Assembly (NCBI GenBank): GCA_964453605.1
Contig: CAYVOI010000001.1
Span: 484,095-548,094 of the forward strand
Length of the DNA stretch: 64,000 bases
Direction of reading: 5' to 3'
Source of the DNA: an uncultured Gammaproteobacteria bacterium
GTDB lineage: Bacteria; Patescibacteriota; Patescibacteriia; Veblenbacterales; UBA10138
The position numbers were made by a program, and so were the translations under genes. Of the stretch, positions 28,024 through 36,580 are shown one piece after another (the first letter of the stretch is position 1; every line of letters starts with the position of its first letter). The notes beneath the pieces were generated by a model. It made no database searches and was not told the origin of the DNA. It saw only the letters and a list, made by a program, of their open reading frames with translations.

Positions 28024-29439
28024 ATGCGCGTAACGTTTTTTGGCGGTGCGGGTGGGGTAACTGGCTCCAAGCACCTGGTTGAAGTTGGCAGTAGCAAAAT
28101 TTTGCTTGACTGCGGCATGTTCCAGGGCCACCGGCGCGAGGCTAGGGTCTTGAACAGCGCTCTGCCGTTTGACCCTAAAACCTTAAACGCGGTGGTGCTA
28201 TCGCACGGGCACCTGGACCACTGTGGTATGCTGCCGCTGCTTATCAAGCAGGGCTACACGGGGAAAATTTACGCCACCGCTGCCACGCACGACGTGGCTG
28301 AGTGGATTCTGAAAGACGCCGCTCATATTCAGAAGCAAGACGCCCGCTACATGAACCGCCACCGCATAGAAGGGGCCGAGCTTGCTAAGCCGCTCTACAC
28401 CATGGCCGACGTTGACCAGGTGGTAAAGCGGTTTGTGGCCGTGCCCTACGCCCGAGAGCTTAACGGCTGGTTTAACCTAGGTCCCTATGCCCCAAACGTG
28501 AGGTTGAAGCTCTACGATGCCGGACACATCTTAGGTTCGTCGGTCACCGTTTTAGAGGGCGAAGAGAATAGTACCGTGCAACGTTTAGCCTTCACCGGGG
28601 ACCTGGGGCGCCGTGGTACGCCGCTCCTGCCTGACCCTGAGCCAATTCAGGAAGAGGTCGAAACGCTCCTCATGGAGAGCACCTACGGTAACCGGCTCCA
28701 CCAACCCGTGGCCGAAGCTATTCAAACGTTGCGGGCGGTGGTGTGCCGTGTCTACGACCAAAAAGGCAAAGTTATTGTCCCCTCGTTTGCCATGGGGCGT
28801 ACCCAAGAACTTATCTATGTGCTACACGAGCTGACCGATAGGGGAGAGCTGCCCCGCCTGCCGGTGTACGTAGACAGCCCGCTGGCCACCCACCTCACGG
28901 ATGTGTTTACCGTTCACCCGGAAGACCTGGACCAAGAATCGTGGCGCGACTTTGGCCAGCGTGGGGAAGTACCACTGGCGTTTAGGAACCTCCGGTACGT
29001 TCGCACACAGGACGAGTCCAAGGCCCTCAACGCGGCGCCGGGGCCCTTCATGGTGATAGCTGCCTCAGGTATGTGCGAGGCAGGCCGGATACTGCACCAC
29101 CTAGCCAATGGTATTAGCGACCCCAAGAACACTATTTTGATTACTGGGTTTCAGGCGCAGAATACCCTAGGGCGTCGGCTAGTCGAGGGGGTAAAAGAGG
29201 TACGAATTTTTGGCACCATCTACCCGGTGAGAGCTCAGGTGGTTGTACTCAATGAGTTTAGCGCCCACGCTGACGCCGCCGAGCTTAAAGCCTACGCCGA
29301 GAGCGTCCGGGGCCTCAAGCGGGTTTTCCTCGTGCACGGCGAAACCAGCCAAGCTGAAGCCCTGGCGCAAGACCTACAAGCTAAGCACCCTGACTGGCAG
29401 GTGCACGTAGCTGAGCCCAGCCAGACCTTTGAACTCTAA
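28024..29439 (+). CDS. MBL-fold beta-CASP metallo-hydrolase (RNA processing family)
   Basis: VTGSKH, LSHGHLDHCG, AGHILGS, FTGDLG, MESTYG, FSAHAD, LVHGE. Confidence 0.9.
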   Translation: MRVTFFGGAGGVTGSKHLVEVGSSKILLDCGMFQGHRREARVLNSALPFDPKTLNAVVLSHGHLDHCGMLPLLIKQGYTGKIYATAATHDVAEWILKDAAHIQKQDARYMNRHRIEGAELAKPLYTMADVDQVVKRFVAVPYARELNGWFNLGPYAPNVRLKLYDAGHILGSSVTVLEGEENSTVQRLAFTGDLGRRGTPLLPDPEPIQEEVETLLMESTYGNRLHQPVAEAIQTLRAVVCRVYDQKGKVIVPSFAMGRTQELIYVLHELTDRGELPRLPVYVDSPLATHLTDVFTVHPEDLDQESWRDFGQRGEVPLAFRNLRYVRTQDESKALNAAPGPFMVIAASGMCEAGRILHHLANGISDPKNTILITGFQAQNTLGRRLVEGVKEVRIFGTIYPVRAQVVVLNEFSAHADAAELKAYAESVRGLKRVFLVHGETSQAEALAQDLQAKHPDWQVHVAEPSQTFEL

Positions 29440-29443
29440 ACGT

Positions 29444-30826
29444 ATGTCAAGAAAGGCAACACTACTCGCTTTGTACGTAGGAGCTGCTCTACTGCTGAGC
29501 CCTGGTGTGTCATGGGCAGCTACAGCACCTGAACCACCAGTTACAACAGCGGTTACTGGTAGTTTACTTGAAATTACCCGTGGGCTGTGGCAAGAACTTC
29601 AAGCCAGTTTAGATACGCCAGCCGCTCGAGCGGTCAAACCAACCATTGTCCGGAGTAGCTCGGTCCCACTTACCCTGACTTTGGGTCTCTATGACGAGGT
29701 GGCCGGAACCACCCAGCACGTTAGGGTTACCCAAAAGGGTGCCAAGCTTACACCACTCGACACTACACCATACCAATTTAAGCTAAAGCGTAACAACGGC
29801 GTGAATAGTGAACTAGAGGTAGTTGGCGCACCAAACGTACATGTGTTAGCGCTCATTCGCCCTATCCTGGCGTCGATTGGTACTAAGCGTCACCCCCGGT
29901 TCCAGGTGACCAACGTGGCGTACGTGCCCTACAGTGACTACCTGAACCGGCCTGAGGTTGTAGCGGCGGGTGCGGCGTACCTCAAAGCGAATGTTCAAGC
30001 GGTGCTCGATGAGCTCAAGGCTTTAGGCGTCCGTTCGCACGCCTACCCCGGCGTTTTGCTGGCTGACGCGGTGAGCCCAGCCGTGGTTTCTTCTATCATC
30101 GCCATTGAGCATGCCAGCACGTATGCACTACAACAAGACGCTGCGAGCTACCTCAGTGCCTTCTACGTAACGCTCGCTACCAACCAAAACCAATCATTTG
30201 CCTACGCCAAGTCAACTGCCGCCGCACGCGGCTTGGTGCAATTCATTCCCAGTACGTACAAACGCCTGGTAAAGTCTCGGCCAGACCTCGGGCTCTATGC
30301 TGATTTCGAACGAGGTATGGAAGACCCCTACAACGCTATGAAAGCAGAAATCGGGTTGCTGGATGCTAACCTAGCTACTCTACCGAATGAAGTGCGGAGC
30401 CGCTATGAGGGCGACGATGCCACCTTGGGTGCCTACCTGGCCGCTATCTACAACGGCGGCTCGACACGAGTTAAACGGGCTATTGCCGCCTGGGGGGAGT
30501 TGTGGGCGCAAGACCAAACTAAAACCTTGAACAGCTTGAAACTTGAACTAAGCAGCGCTAAAGCTGAACTCAAGGCCGCGCGTCGGAAGCTAACTAGCAG
30601 AACCCTCAGCAAGAATGAACGAGCACAACTGACAGCTAAAGTAAACAGGCTCACGGCCAAGGTAAGCAACCTCAGCGCTACCTACAGTAAAGGGAAAACA
30701 GCCCTCCTCAAGCGGGAAACCGTTGAGTATGTTGCTAAATTTAAGCTAGCCTACGCCTACTTTGCCGCTGTGCCCGAGGCGGCTAAGGTGGCTACGGTTC
30801 AAGCTGACACCCATTTACAAAACTAG
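29444..30826 (+). CDS. Secreted lytic transglycosylase (SLT)-like protein with coiled-coil insert
   Basis: Signal peptide; IIAIEH, AARGLVQFIPSTY, AAIYNGG, ETVEYV motifs. Confidence 0.65.
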   Translation: MSRKATLLALYVGAALLLSPGVSWAATAPEPPVTTAVTGSLLEITRGLWQELQASLDTPAARAVKPTIVRSSSVPLTLTLGLYDEVAGTTQHVRVTQKGAKLTPLDTTPYQFKLKRNNGVNSELEVVGAPNVHVLALIRPILASIGTKRHPRFQVTNVAYVPYSDYLNRPEVVAAGAAYLKANVQAVLDELKALGVRSHAYPGVLLADAVSPAVVSSIIAIEHASTYALQQDAASYLSAFYVTLATNQNQSFAYAKSTAAARGLVQFIPSTYKRLVKSRPDLGLYADFERGMEDPYNAMKAEIGLLDANLATLPNEVRSRYEGDDATLGAYLAAIYNGGSTRVKRAIAAWGELWAQDQTKTLNSLKLELSSAKAELKAARRKLTSRTLSKNERAQLTAKVNRLTAKVSNLSATYSKGKTALLKRETVEYVAKFKLAYAYFAAVPEAAKVATVQADTHLQN

Positions 30827-30850
30827 GTAAATGTGTTAAGGTATACCTAA

Positions 30851-32449
30851 ATGACTAACCCACTGACCAATAACCTCCTACACCAGCTCGACGAGGCTCG
30901 CGTAGCTGAGGAGCGGCCACCAGCCGGTAACCTGATACACGTTTCGGAAATCACCAGCTTACCGGCGTTTGTGTATGAAAAAATTAGAAACATCATTGAC
31001 TACAAAGACGAGTACCTCCTCCGTAAGAACGCTATTCGCCGGTTCCTGAAGCGTAGCTTGTTGCTCCCGAAACTGGCGCAGTCGCCTGAAGCGGCGGTGC
31101 GTGCTTTGGTGCGAGAGCTTGTTCTCTCACGGTACCTGAAAAACGATAGCGTGCCTGAAACGGTCGTGGCTACCTTGGGCCCTATCTTAGGTAAGTACTA
31201 CGAACTCTTTAGCGAACTCGGCCGATTAGGTTGTGACGCCCCCCGCTGGCGGGAACAAGTGCAGGGCATTGCGGCCGTGGAGTGCGACTCGCACCTAGTA
31301 TCACCAGCCGAGCGTAATGCCTACGTGAGCTACGCCTACCAACTGCTGCAGCCCGTGCTACAGCTGCCCGACGCGCTGGAGTCGGACGACGCCAAGAAGG
31401 TTCAACTGGTGCTAACCCTAGAGCGGGTGCTAGAGCGGGCTGACCGTGACATCATCAACTACTACCTCTTGAGGCACTACTTCCCTGATTGGTTTACCCT
31501 CTCGCCCGAAACGGCGGCCCGCTGGTTAGCACCACAGGTGGGGGCTTGCCTCAAAACCTTTGCCGAGCTCCAGGACTACCGCTTGGGCCGGAGGCTCCTG
31601 CCGCCCGTGAAGCGCCTCCTGGTGCCGCTCATAACCCTCCGCGACCTTTTCCACACTGGCCAAGGCAGCCGGCGTGACCTGCTTAGTAAACCACAGAAAC
31701 TCGAAAGCTTGATTCGGGAAACCTACCAGAGCTACTGGCGCGCCACGCGTAAGCGCATTCGCCGCAAGGGGTTTCACGCCATGGCGTACATTTTTCTTAC
31801 TAAAATGCTCCTAGCGCTCTTACTAGAAATACCCTACGAGCGCATTGTCTTGCAACAGGAGCACCTCACGTACCTGCCATTAGCCATTAACCTCTTGTTT
31901 CCACCGCTCCTCATGCTAGTCATCACCTTGCTCATTAAGTCACCGGAGGCGCACAATGAAGCTCGGGTGGTTACCGGCGTTCAGGAAATGGTCTACGGCG
32001 GCGAGGCTGACTTCTTTAAGCCCTACCGTCTCAAAACTGCTCCACCGAAGTTCTGGCGACGTTTCTTCTACAGCTTGCTCTACCTCATAACGTTTGGGGC
32101 CACCTTTGGGCTCTTGGTCTGGCTACTGTCGAGTCTCGGGTTTAACCTACTCTCAGGCGCACTGTTTATCTTCTTCATCAGCCTGGTGAGCTTCTTTGGT
32201 ATCTCCTTGAGGCAGCAGGCTCGGCAGCTCAAGGTGGTAGCGGGGAAAGAAACCTTTAGTGCCTTCGTGGTCGACTTCTTCACCCTACCGGTGGTGGCGT
32301 TTGGCAAGTGGCTCTCGACTACCTTTGATAAGGTAAACATTTTTGTGTTCTTCCTCGATTTCCTATTTGAGATGCCGTTCAAGTCACTCCTCAAGATAAT
32401 CGAGGACTGGTTTGCATTCTTAAAAGAAAAGAAAGATGAAATGTACTGA
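30851..32449 (+). CDS. Hypothetical membrane protein
   Basis: 532-aa ORF, soluble N-terminal region and C-terminal TMs. Confidence 0.7.
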   Translation: MTNPLTNNLLHQLDEARVAEERPPAGNLIHVSEITSLPAFVYEKIRNIIDYKDEYLLRKNAIRRFLKRSLLLPKLAQSPEAAVRALVRELVLSRYLKNDSVPETVVATLGPILGKYYELFSELGRLGCDAPRWREQVQGIAAVECDSHLVSPAERNAYVSYAYQLLQPVLQLPDALESDDAKKVQLVLTLERVLERADRDIINYYLLRHYFPDWFTLSPETAARWLAPQVGACLKTFAELQDYRLGRRLLPPVKRLLVPLITLRDLFHTGQGSRRDLLSKPQKLESLIRETYQSYWRATRKRIRRKGFHAMAYIFLTKMLLALLLEIPYERIVLQQEHLTYLPLAINLLFPPLLMLVITLLIKSPEAHNEARVVTGVQEMVYGGEADFFKPYRLKTAPPKFWRRFFYSLLYLITFGATFGLLVWLLSSLGFNLLSGALFIFFISLVSFFGISLRQQARQLKVVAGKETFSAFVVDFFTLPVVAFGKWLSTTFDKVNIFVFFLDFLFEMPFKSLLKIIEDWFAFLKEKKDEMY

Positions 32450-33095
32450 CCAGCCTCGGTGGCGGAAAACGAAATTCCTTTTATGCGGGCTACTGGTCGT
32501 GGGTTTGAGCGGCTGCAGCCTGACCCCGCCACCCATTACCCCACCCACTACCCCTGACATCACCCTTAATCAATCCGCGGTACCCGAACCTGCGCCAGAA
32601 CCCCAAAACCCTATGCCTCAAGCAACTTCCGCCACGCTCCACACCACCTACGGCGACATCACCTTCGCCTTTTACCCCGAGTCACCAAACACGGTGGCTA
32701 ATTTTGTTAAGCTGGCGAGCTCAGGCTTCTACGATGGCGTTAGGTTCCACCGCGTCATTAAAGGTTTCATGCTCCAAACTGGCGACCCCAACTCTAAAGA
32801 CAGCGACTGGTCAAACGATGGACGCGGTGGCCCAGGCTACACCTTTGCGGACGAATTTAACCAGCACAAGCTGGTGCGGGGGAGCGTGGCGATGGCGAAC
32901 GCGGGACCCGATACTAACGGCAGCCAATTTTTTATAGTGACAGCTGAAGCTACTCCCTGGCTCGACGGCCACCACACGAACTTTGGCTACATCACCGCTG
33001 GTATGGATGTGGTAGATAAAATTGAATCAGCCAAAACAAACGGGAGCGACCACCCGCTCCAGGACATCACCATTACCAGCATTACCCTAGAGTAG
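32436..33095 (+). CDS. Cyclophilin-type peptidyl-prolyl cis-trans isomerase, lipoprotein
   Basis: Lipobox LSGC; FYDGVRFHRVIKGFMLQTGDP, MANAGPDTNGSQFFI, WLDGHHTNFG. Confidence 0.92.
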   Translation: MKCTDQPRWRKTKFLLCGLLVVGLSGCSLTPPPITPPTTPDITLNQSAVPEPAPEPQNPMPQATSATLHTTYGDITFAFYPESPNTVANFVKLASSGFYDGVRFHRVIKGFMLQTGDPNSKDSDWSNDGRGGPGYTFADEFNQHKLVRGSVAMANAGPDTNGSQFFIVTAEATPWLDGHHTNFGYITAGMDVVDKIESAKTNGSDHPLQDITITSITLE

Positions 33096-33103
33096 GACGC
33101 GCT

Positions 33104-33730
33104 ATGGGTGACGCGACGCTCGCACCAGCTGATAGCTACGTAAAGTTTAGCGTTGAGCTAACGCCGGGCGTGCCCCCTGAGGTGCCGGATTTTGCTAACC
33201 TGGTGGCTTGGCGCCAGCGGCTGTTTGACCAGGGTTTGGTGGGTATGTACCCCAACGGCGTAGGCTTTGGCAACCTCAGCTTGCGCTACACGCCAAGCGC
33301 TGAGTTTCTCATTACCGGCACCGCCACCGGTGAACTGCGTAGCATTGACCTCGCTCACTGCGTCAAGGTAGCGCGCTCCGATATCAACGCCAACAAGGTG
33401 TGGGCACAGGGCGAACTCCTACCCTCGTCAGAGTGCTTAACCCACGCTGCCCTCTACCAGGGCGAGCCTAGCTGCACGGCTGTGGTCCACGTGCACAACC
33501 TGGCGCTCTGGCAGGCCTGGCGTTTCCAGGTACCCACCACGTCGCCGGCAGCAGCCTACGGTACCCCGGCCATGGCCAACGAGGTTAGCCGTTTGCTACG
33601 CGACGCCGATCTCAAGCGCAACAGGTTCCTCGTCATGGGTGGACACGAGAAGGGGATTATCACCTTCGGCCATAGCATGGCAGAAGCGGTTCAGACACTG
33701 CTCAATGCCCTAGCTCGAACACCGCTATGA
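33104..33730 (+). CDS. Class II aldolase/adducin family protein
   Basis: GFGNLS, FLITGT, PSSECLTHAALY, VVHVH, YGTPAMA, MGGHEKG. Confidence 0.85.
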   Translation: MGDATLAPADSYVKFSVELTPGVPPEVPDFANLVAWRQRLFDQGLVGMYPNGVGFGNLSLRYTPSAEFLITGTATGELRSIDLAHCVKVARSDINANKVWAQGELLPSSECLTHAALYQGEPSCTAVVHVHNLALWQAWRFQVPTTSPAAAYGTPAMANEVSRLLRDADLKRNRFLVMGGHEKGIITFGHSMAEAVQTLLNALARTPL

Positions 33731-34431
33731 TTCGCTGGTTGTTCATTGATATTGACAACACTATCTGCAACTCGTCCCTGGCCTACCAGCGTGCGTTCGC
33801 TGGGTGCTACCGAACCTTCCACCGCACCTACCCCCTAGTACCCGAACGCCGCTTCGCGCAAGCCTACGAGCGTGCCCGGGCACGAATCCACCGGCGCTTA
33901 CGGGGTACGGCGGCTATGCACGACCGCGCGCTCTACTTTGAAGAGCTCCTCCACGACCTCAGCCTGCCGTTCTCGGCTGCAGTACTTAAACGCTTGACAG
34001 CCACGTACTGGCAGCAGACCTACCGCAACCTACGGCTCTACCGCGGGGTACGTGCGACCTTGCGCACCGTGCGACGTGAAGGCATACGTATTGGTGTTGT
34101 GTCCGACCTGCTCGAAGCAGTTCAGGTACAAAAGCTCAAGCGTTTGGGGGTCGATGTCTACATCGATTTCCTGATTACCAGCGAGGCCGTCGGCCATGAA
34201 AAGCCGAGCCCAGCCATCTTCCGCGCGGCGTTGGAGCGCGCAGGCTGCCGCCCGAGCGAAGCGGTGATGGTGGGTGATTCAGCCAAACGTGATATCCTAG
34301 GGGCACGCCGCCTCGGCCTCAAAACTGTTCTGATCGGCCTCAGCCGTCATAGCCGTGCCAGCGCCAGCCTGCGTTCGTTTACCCAACTCACCCCACGCTT
34401 ACTCCAGCGTCTCAGCGGCACCCACCTATGA
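33727..34431 (+). CDS. HAD-superfamily hydrolase (YjjG/YfnB-like)
   Basis: FIDIDNT, EKPSPAIF, MVGDSAKRDILGA. Confidence 0.88.
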   Translation: MIRWLFIDIDNTICNSSLAYQRAFAGCYRTFHRTYPLVPERRFAQAYERARARIHRRLRGTAAMHDRALYFEELLHDLSLPFSAAVLKRLTATYWQQTYRNLRLYRGVRATLRTVRREGIRIGVVSDLLEAVQVQKLKRLGVDVYIDFLITSEAVGHEKPSPAIFRAALERAGCRPSEAVMVGDSAKRDILGARRLGLKTVLIGLSRHSRASASLRSFTQLTPRLLQRLSGTHL

Positions 34432-34892
34432 ACTTAGCCCTTGATTTCCTCAGGGAATCCCTGAGGTTTAACCAAGAGTACAAAGAATCACTAGACCACA
34501 AAGCCTCGTTCCTCTTAGGTATTGCCTCGGTCGTCTTGGTGTTAAGCCTCAACAACCTACAGAAACCTGGGTTCCTCGTGGTCGCACTCGGGGCCTTAGC
34601 TTCGAGCATATTCTCCATCTGGGTCATTAGCTTCCCCTTTCGTAAAACCCACCGCGGCCAGTTTAGTTTAATTTGCGCCTGGGGTTTTGAACACCTCACG
34701 GAAGGGGAGTACAACCGCCAAATTGAACAGGTCATGAACAACGAGCCAGCTGTGATCAACACCTACAAGAAAGAAATTTTTGCACTGTCCGAGTACTCTA
34801 TTAAAATCAAACTTCACTTTATTAAGTTAGCTTCACTCGCGCTCACCATCGGGTTGGTAGCGGGGTTAGTGGTTATCGTCTTAAACCGCTAG
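34428..34892 (+). CDS. Pycsar effector (PycTM/DUF5706)-like membrane protein
   Basis: LDHKASFLLG followed by 2 TMs and Pro, soluble loop with EY, YKKEIFALS..IKIK, third TM. Confidence 0.55.
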   Translation: MNLALDFLRESLRFNQEYKESLDHKASFLLGIASVVLVLSLNNLQKPGFLVVALGALASSIFSIWVISFPFRKTHRGQFSLICAWGFEHLTEGEYNRQIEQVMNNEPAVINTYKKEIFALSEYSIKIKLHFIKLASLALTIGLVAGLVVIVLNR

Positions 34893-34902
34893 TGCTAGAG
34901 CT

Positions 34903-35004
34903 ATGCTTAAACAGCGAGTTCTATTTGCCTTGTCGCTCCTGGGGTTGCTGCTCTTTGTACTGGTGAGCGTGCTAGCCTGGCAAAAGCCGGGGGGAACGCT
35001 GTAG
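34903..35004 (+). CDS. Putative 33-aa single-TM small protein (MLKQRVLFALSLLGLLLFVLVSVLAWQKPGGTL)
   Basis: Manually read ATG..TAG ORF filling the gap; one hydrophobic helix. Confidence 0.45.
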   Translation: MLKQRVLFALSLLGLLLFVLVSVLAWQKPGGTL

Positions 35005-35023
35005 CTCCCGGGTACCTAACGTT

Positions 35024-36529
35024 ATGCCCACCTGGCCCCTGACCCGCAGGCTCAAGCCTGCTACTATCTACCGGCTCTTTGAAATCGTGCCTGGTTTTTT
35101 GGTGTGGGTAACGCTCGTTGGCGCAGTGCTCATTTCAATTTGGCACCCGCTGTGGGCCATTTACTTCATTATCCTGTTTGATCTCTACTGGCTGCTACGC
35201 GTAATGTACTTGCTAATCTACTTGGTGAGCTCGTGGCGTCGGTACCAGAAAACCATTGCCACCCATTGGACGGAACAGTTAAGCGCCCTACCCAACTGGC
35301 GGCGTATCCACCACCTGGTATTCTTACCAACCTACCGAGAGTCGGTAGACATTCTCCGAGCTTCAGTGCAGTCCCTCACCAAGGTCAGCTACCCCCTAGA
35401 GAACCTCATGGTGGTGCTAGCGGGTGAAGAGCGGGATAAAGAGCACTTCCTAGCCAACGCTAAGCTGATTCAGGAAGAATTTGGCTCCCGGTTTGGGCAC
35501 TTCCTCGTCACGCTGCATCCAGCGGATATTGTAGGTGAAATAGCGGGTAAGGGCTCAAACAACTGTTGGGCTGGCAAGCAAGCTCAAAAGCTTATCGACA
35601 CACTGAGCATACCCTACGAGGACATTATTGTGTCCACCTTTGATGTCGACTCCTGCGCCCACCCCGACTACTTCACCTACCTCACCTATACCTACCTCAC
35701 CGTCCCCGACCCGCTGCACTCGAGCTACCAGCCCGTAGCCCTCTACAGCAACAACGTCTGGGAGTCGCCAGCCATTAACCGTGTGGTGGCAAACTCCACC
35801 ACCTTCTGGCTCCTCACGGACCTCGCACGCCCCGAGCGGCTCTTCACCTTTTCTTCGCACTCTATGCCGTTCAAGGCCCTGACTGATGTGGGGTTTTGGC
35901 AGAACGACATTGTAACTGAAGACTCTCGCATTTTCCTGCAGTGTTTCATCCGCTACAACGGCAACTACCGTGTCACTCCGCTCTTTATTCCTATTTCCAT
36001 GGACACCGTCTACGCTGGCAGCTTCTGGCGCAGCATGGTGAACCAGTACAAGCAGCAGCGCCGCTGGGCCTACGGGGTAGAGAACTTTGCCTACATGGCC
36101 TGGCACTTCTGGCGCTCGAACGAAATTCCCTTCCTCAAGAAGTTTAGGTACCTGTGGAACCAGCTCGAGGGGGTGTACTCGTGGGCCACCGCACCTATGA
36201 TCATACTGCTGCTGGGCTGGTTGCCGCTGCTCTTTGCGGGCAGCGATGTGAAAACAACCCTGCTAGCCTACAACGCCCCGGAGACACTGAGCTGGCTCAT
36301 GCGCTCGGCTATGGTAGGCCTTATCTTCAGCGCGGCGCTCTCGACCATTCTGCTCCCCACCAGACCGCAAGGTCACACCCGCCTATCGTACGTTATGATG
36401 GTCGTGCAGTGGTTCCTCTTTCCGCCCTGCATGATACTCTTTGGAGCCGTGCCAGCCATCGACGCCCAAACTAGGTTGATGCTCGGCAAATACCTAGGGT
36501 TTTGGGTCACTGAGAAAAAGCGAGCCTGA
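35024..36529 (+). CDS. Membrane GT2 glycosyltransferase (processive-type motifs)
   Basis: FLPTYRE, AGKGSN, FDVDS, TEDSRIF, QQRRWAYG (QxxRW). Confidence 0.85.
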   Translation: MPTWPLTRRLKPATIYRLFEIVPGFLVWVTLVGAVLISIWHPLWAIYFIILFDLYWLLRVMYLLIYLVSSWRRYQKTIATHWTEQLSALPNWRRIHHLVFLPTYRESVDILRASVQSLTKVSYPLENLMVVLAGEERDKEHFLANAKLIQEEFGSRFGHFLVTLHPADIVGEIAGKGSNNCWAGKQAQKLIDTLSIPYEDIIVSTFDVDSCAHPDYFTYLTYTYLTVPDPLHSSYQPVALYSNNVWESPAINRVVANSTTFWLLTDLARPERLFTFSSHSMPFKALTDVGFWQNDIVTEDSRIFLQCFIRYNGNYRVTPLFIPISMDTVYAGSFWRSMVNQYKQQRRWAYGVENFAYMAWHFWRSNEIPFLKKFRYLWNQLEGVYSWATAPMIILLLGWLPLLFAGSDVKTTLLAYNAPETLSWLMRSAMVGLIFSAALSTILLPTRPQGHTRLSYVMMVVQWFLFPPCMILFGAVPAIDAQTRLMLGKYLGFWVTEKKRA

Positions 36530-36580
36530 GTGTGGCACACGAGTTAACGTACCCGGACCTTTTCGGTACTATGTAGGGGT

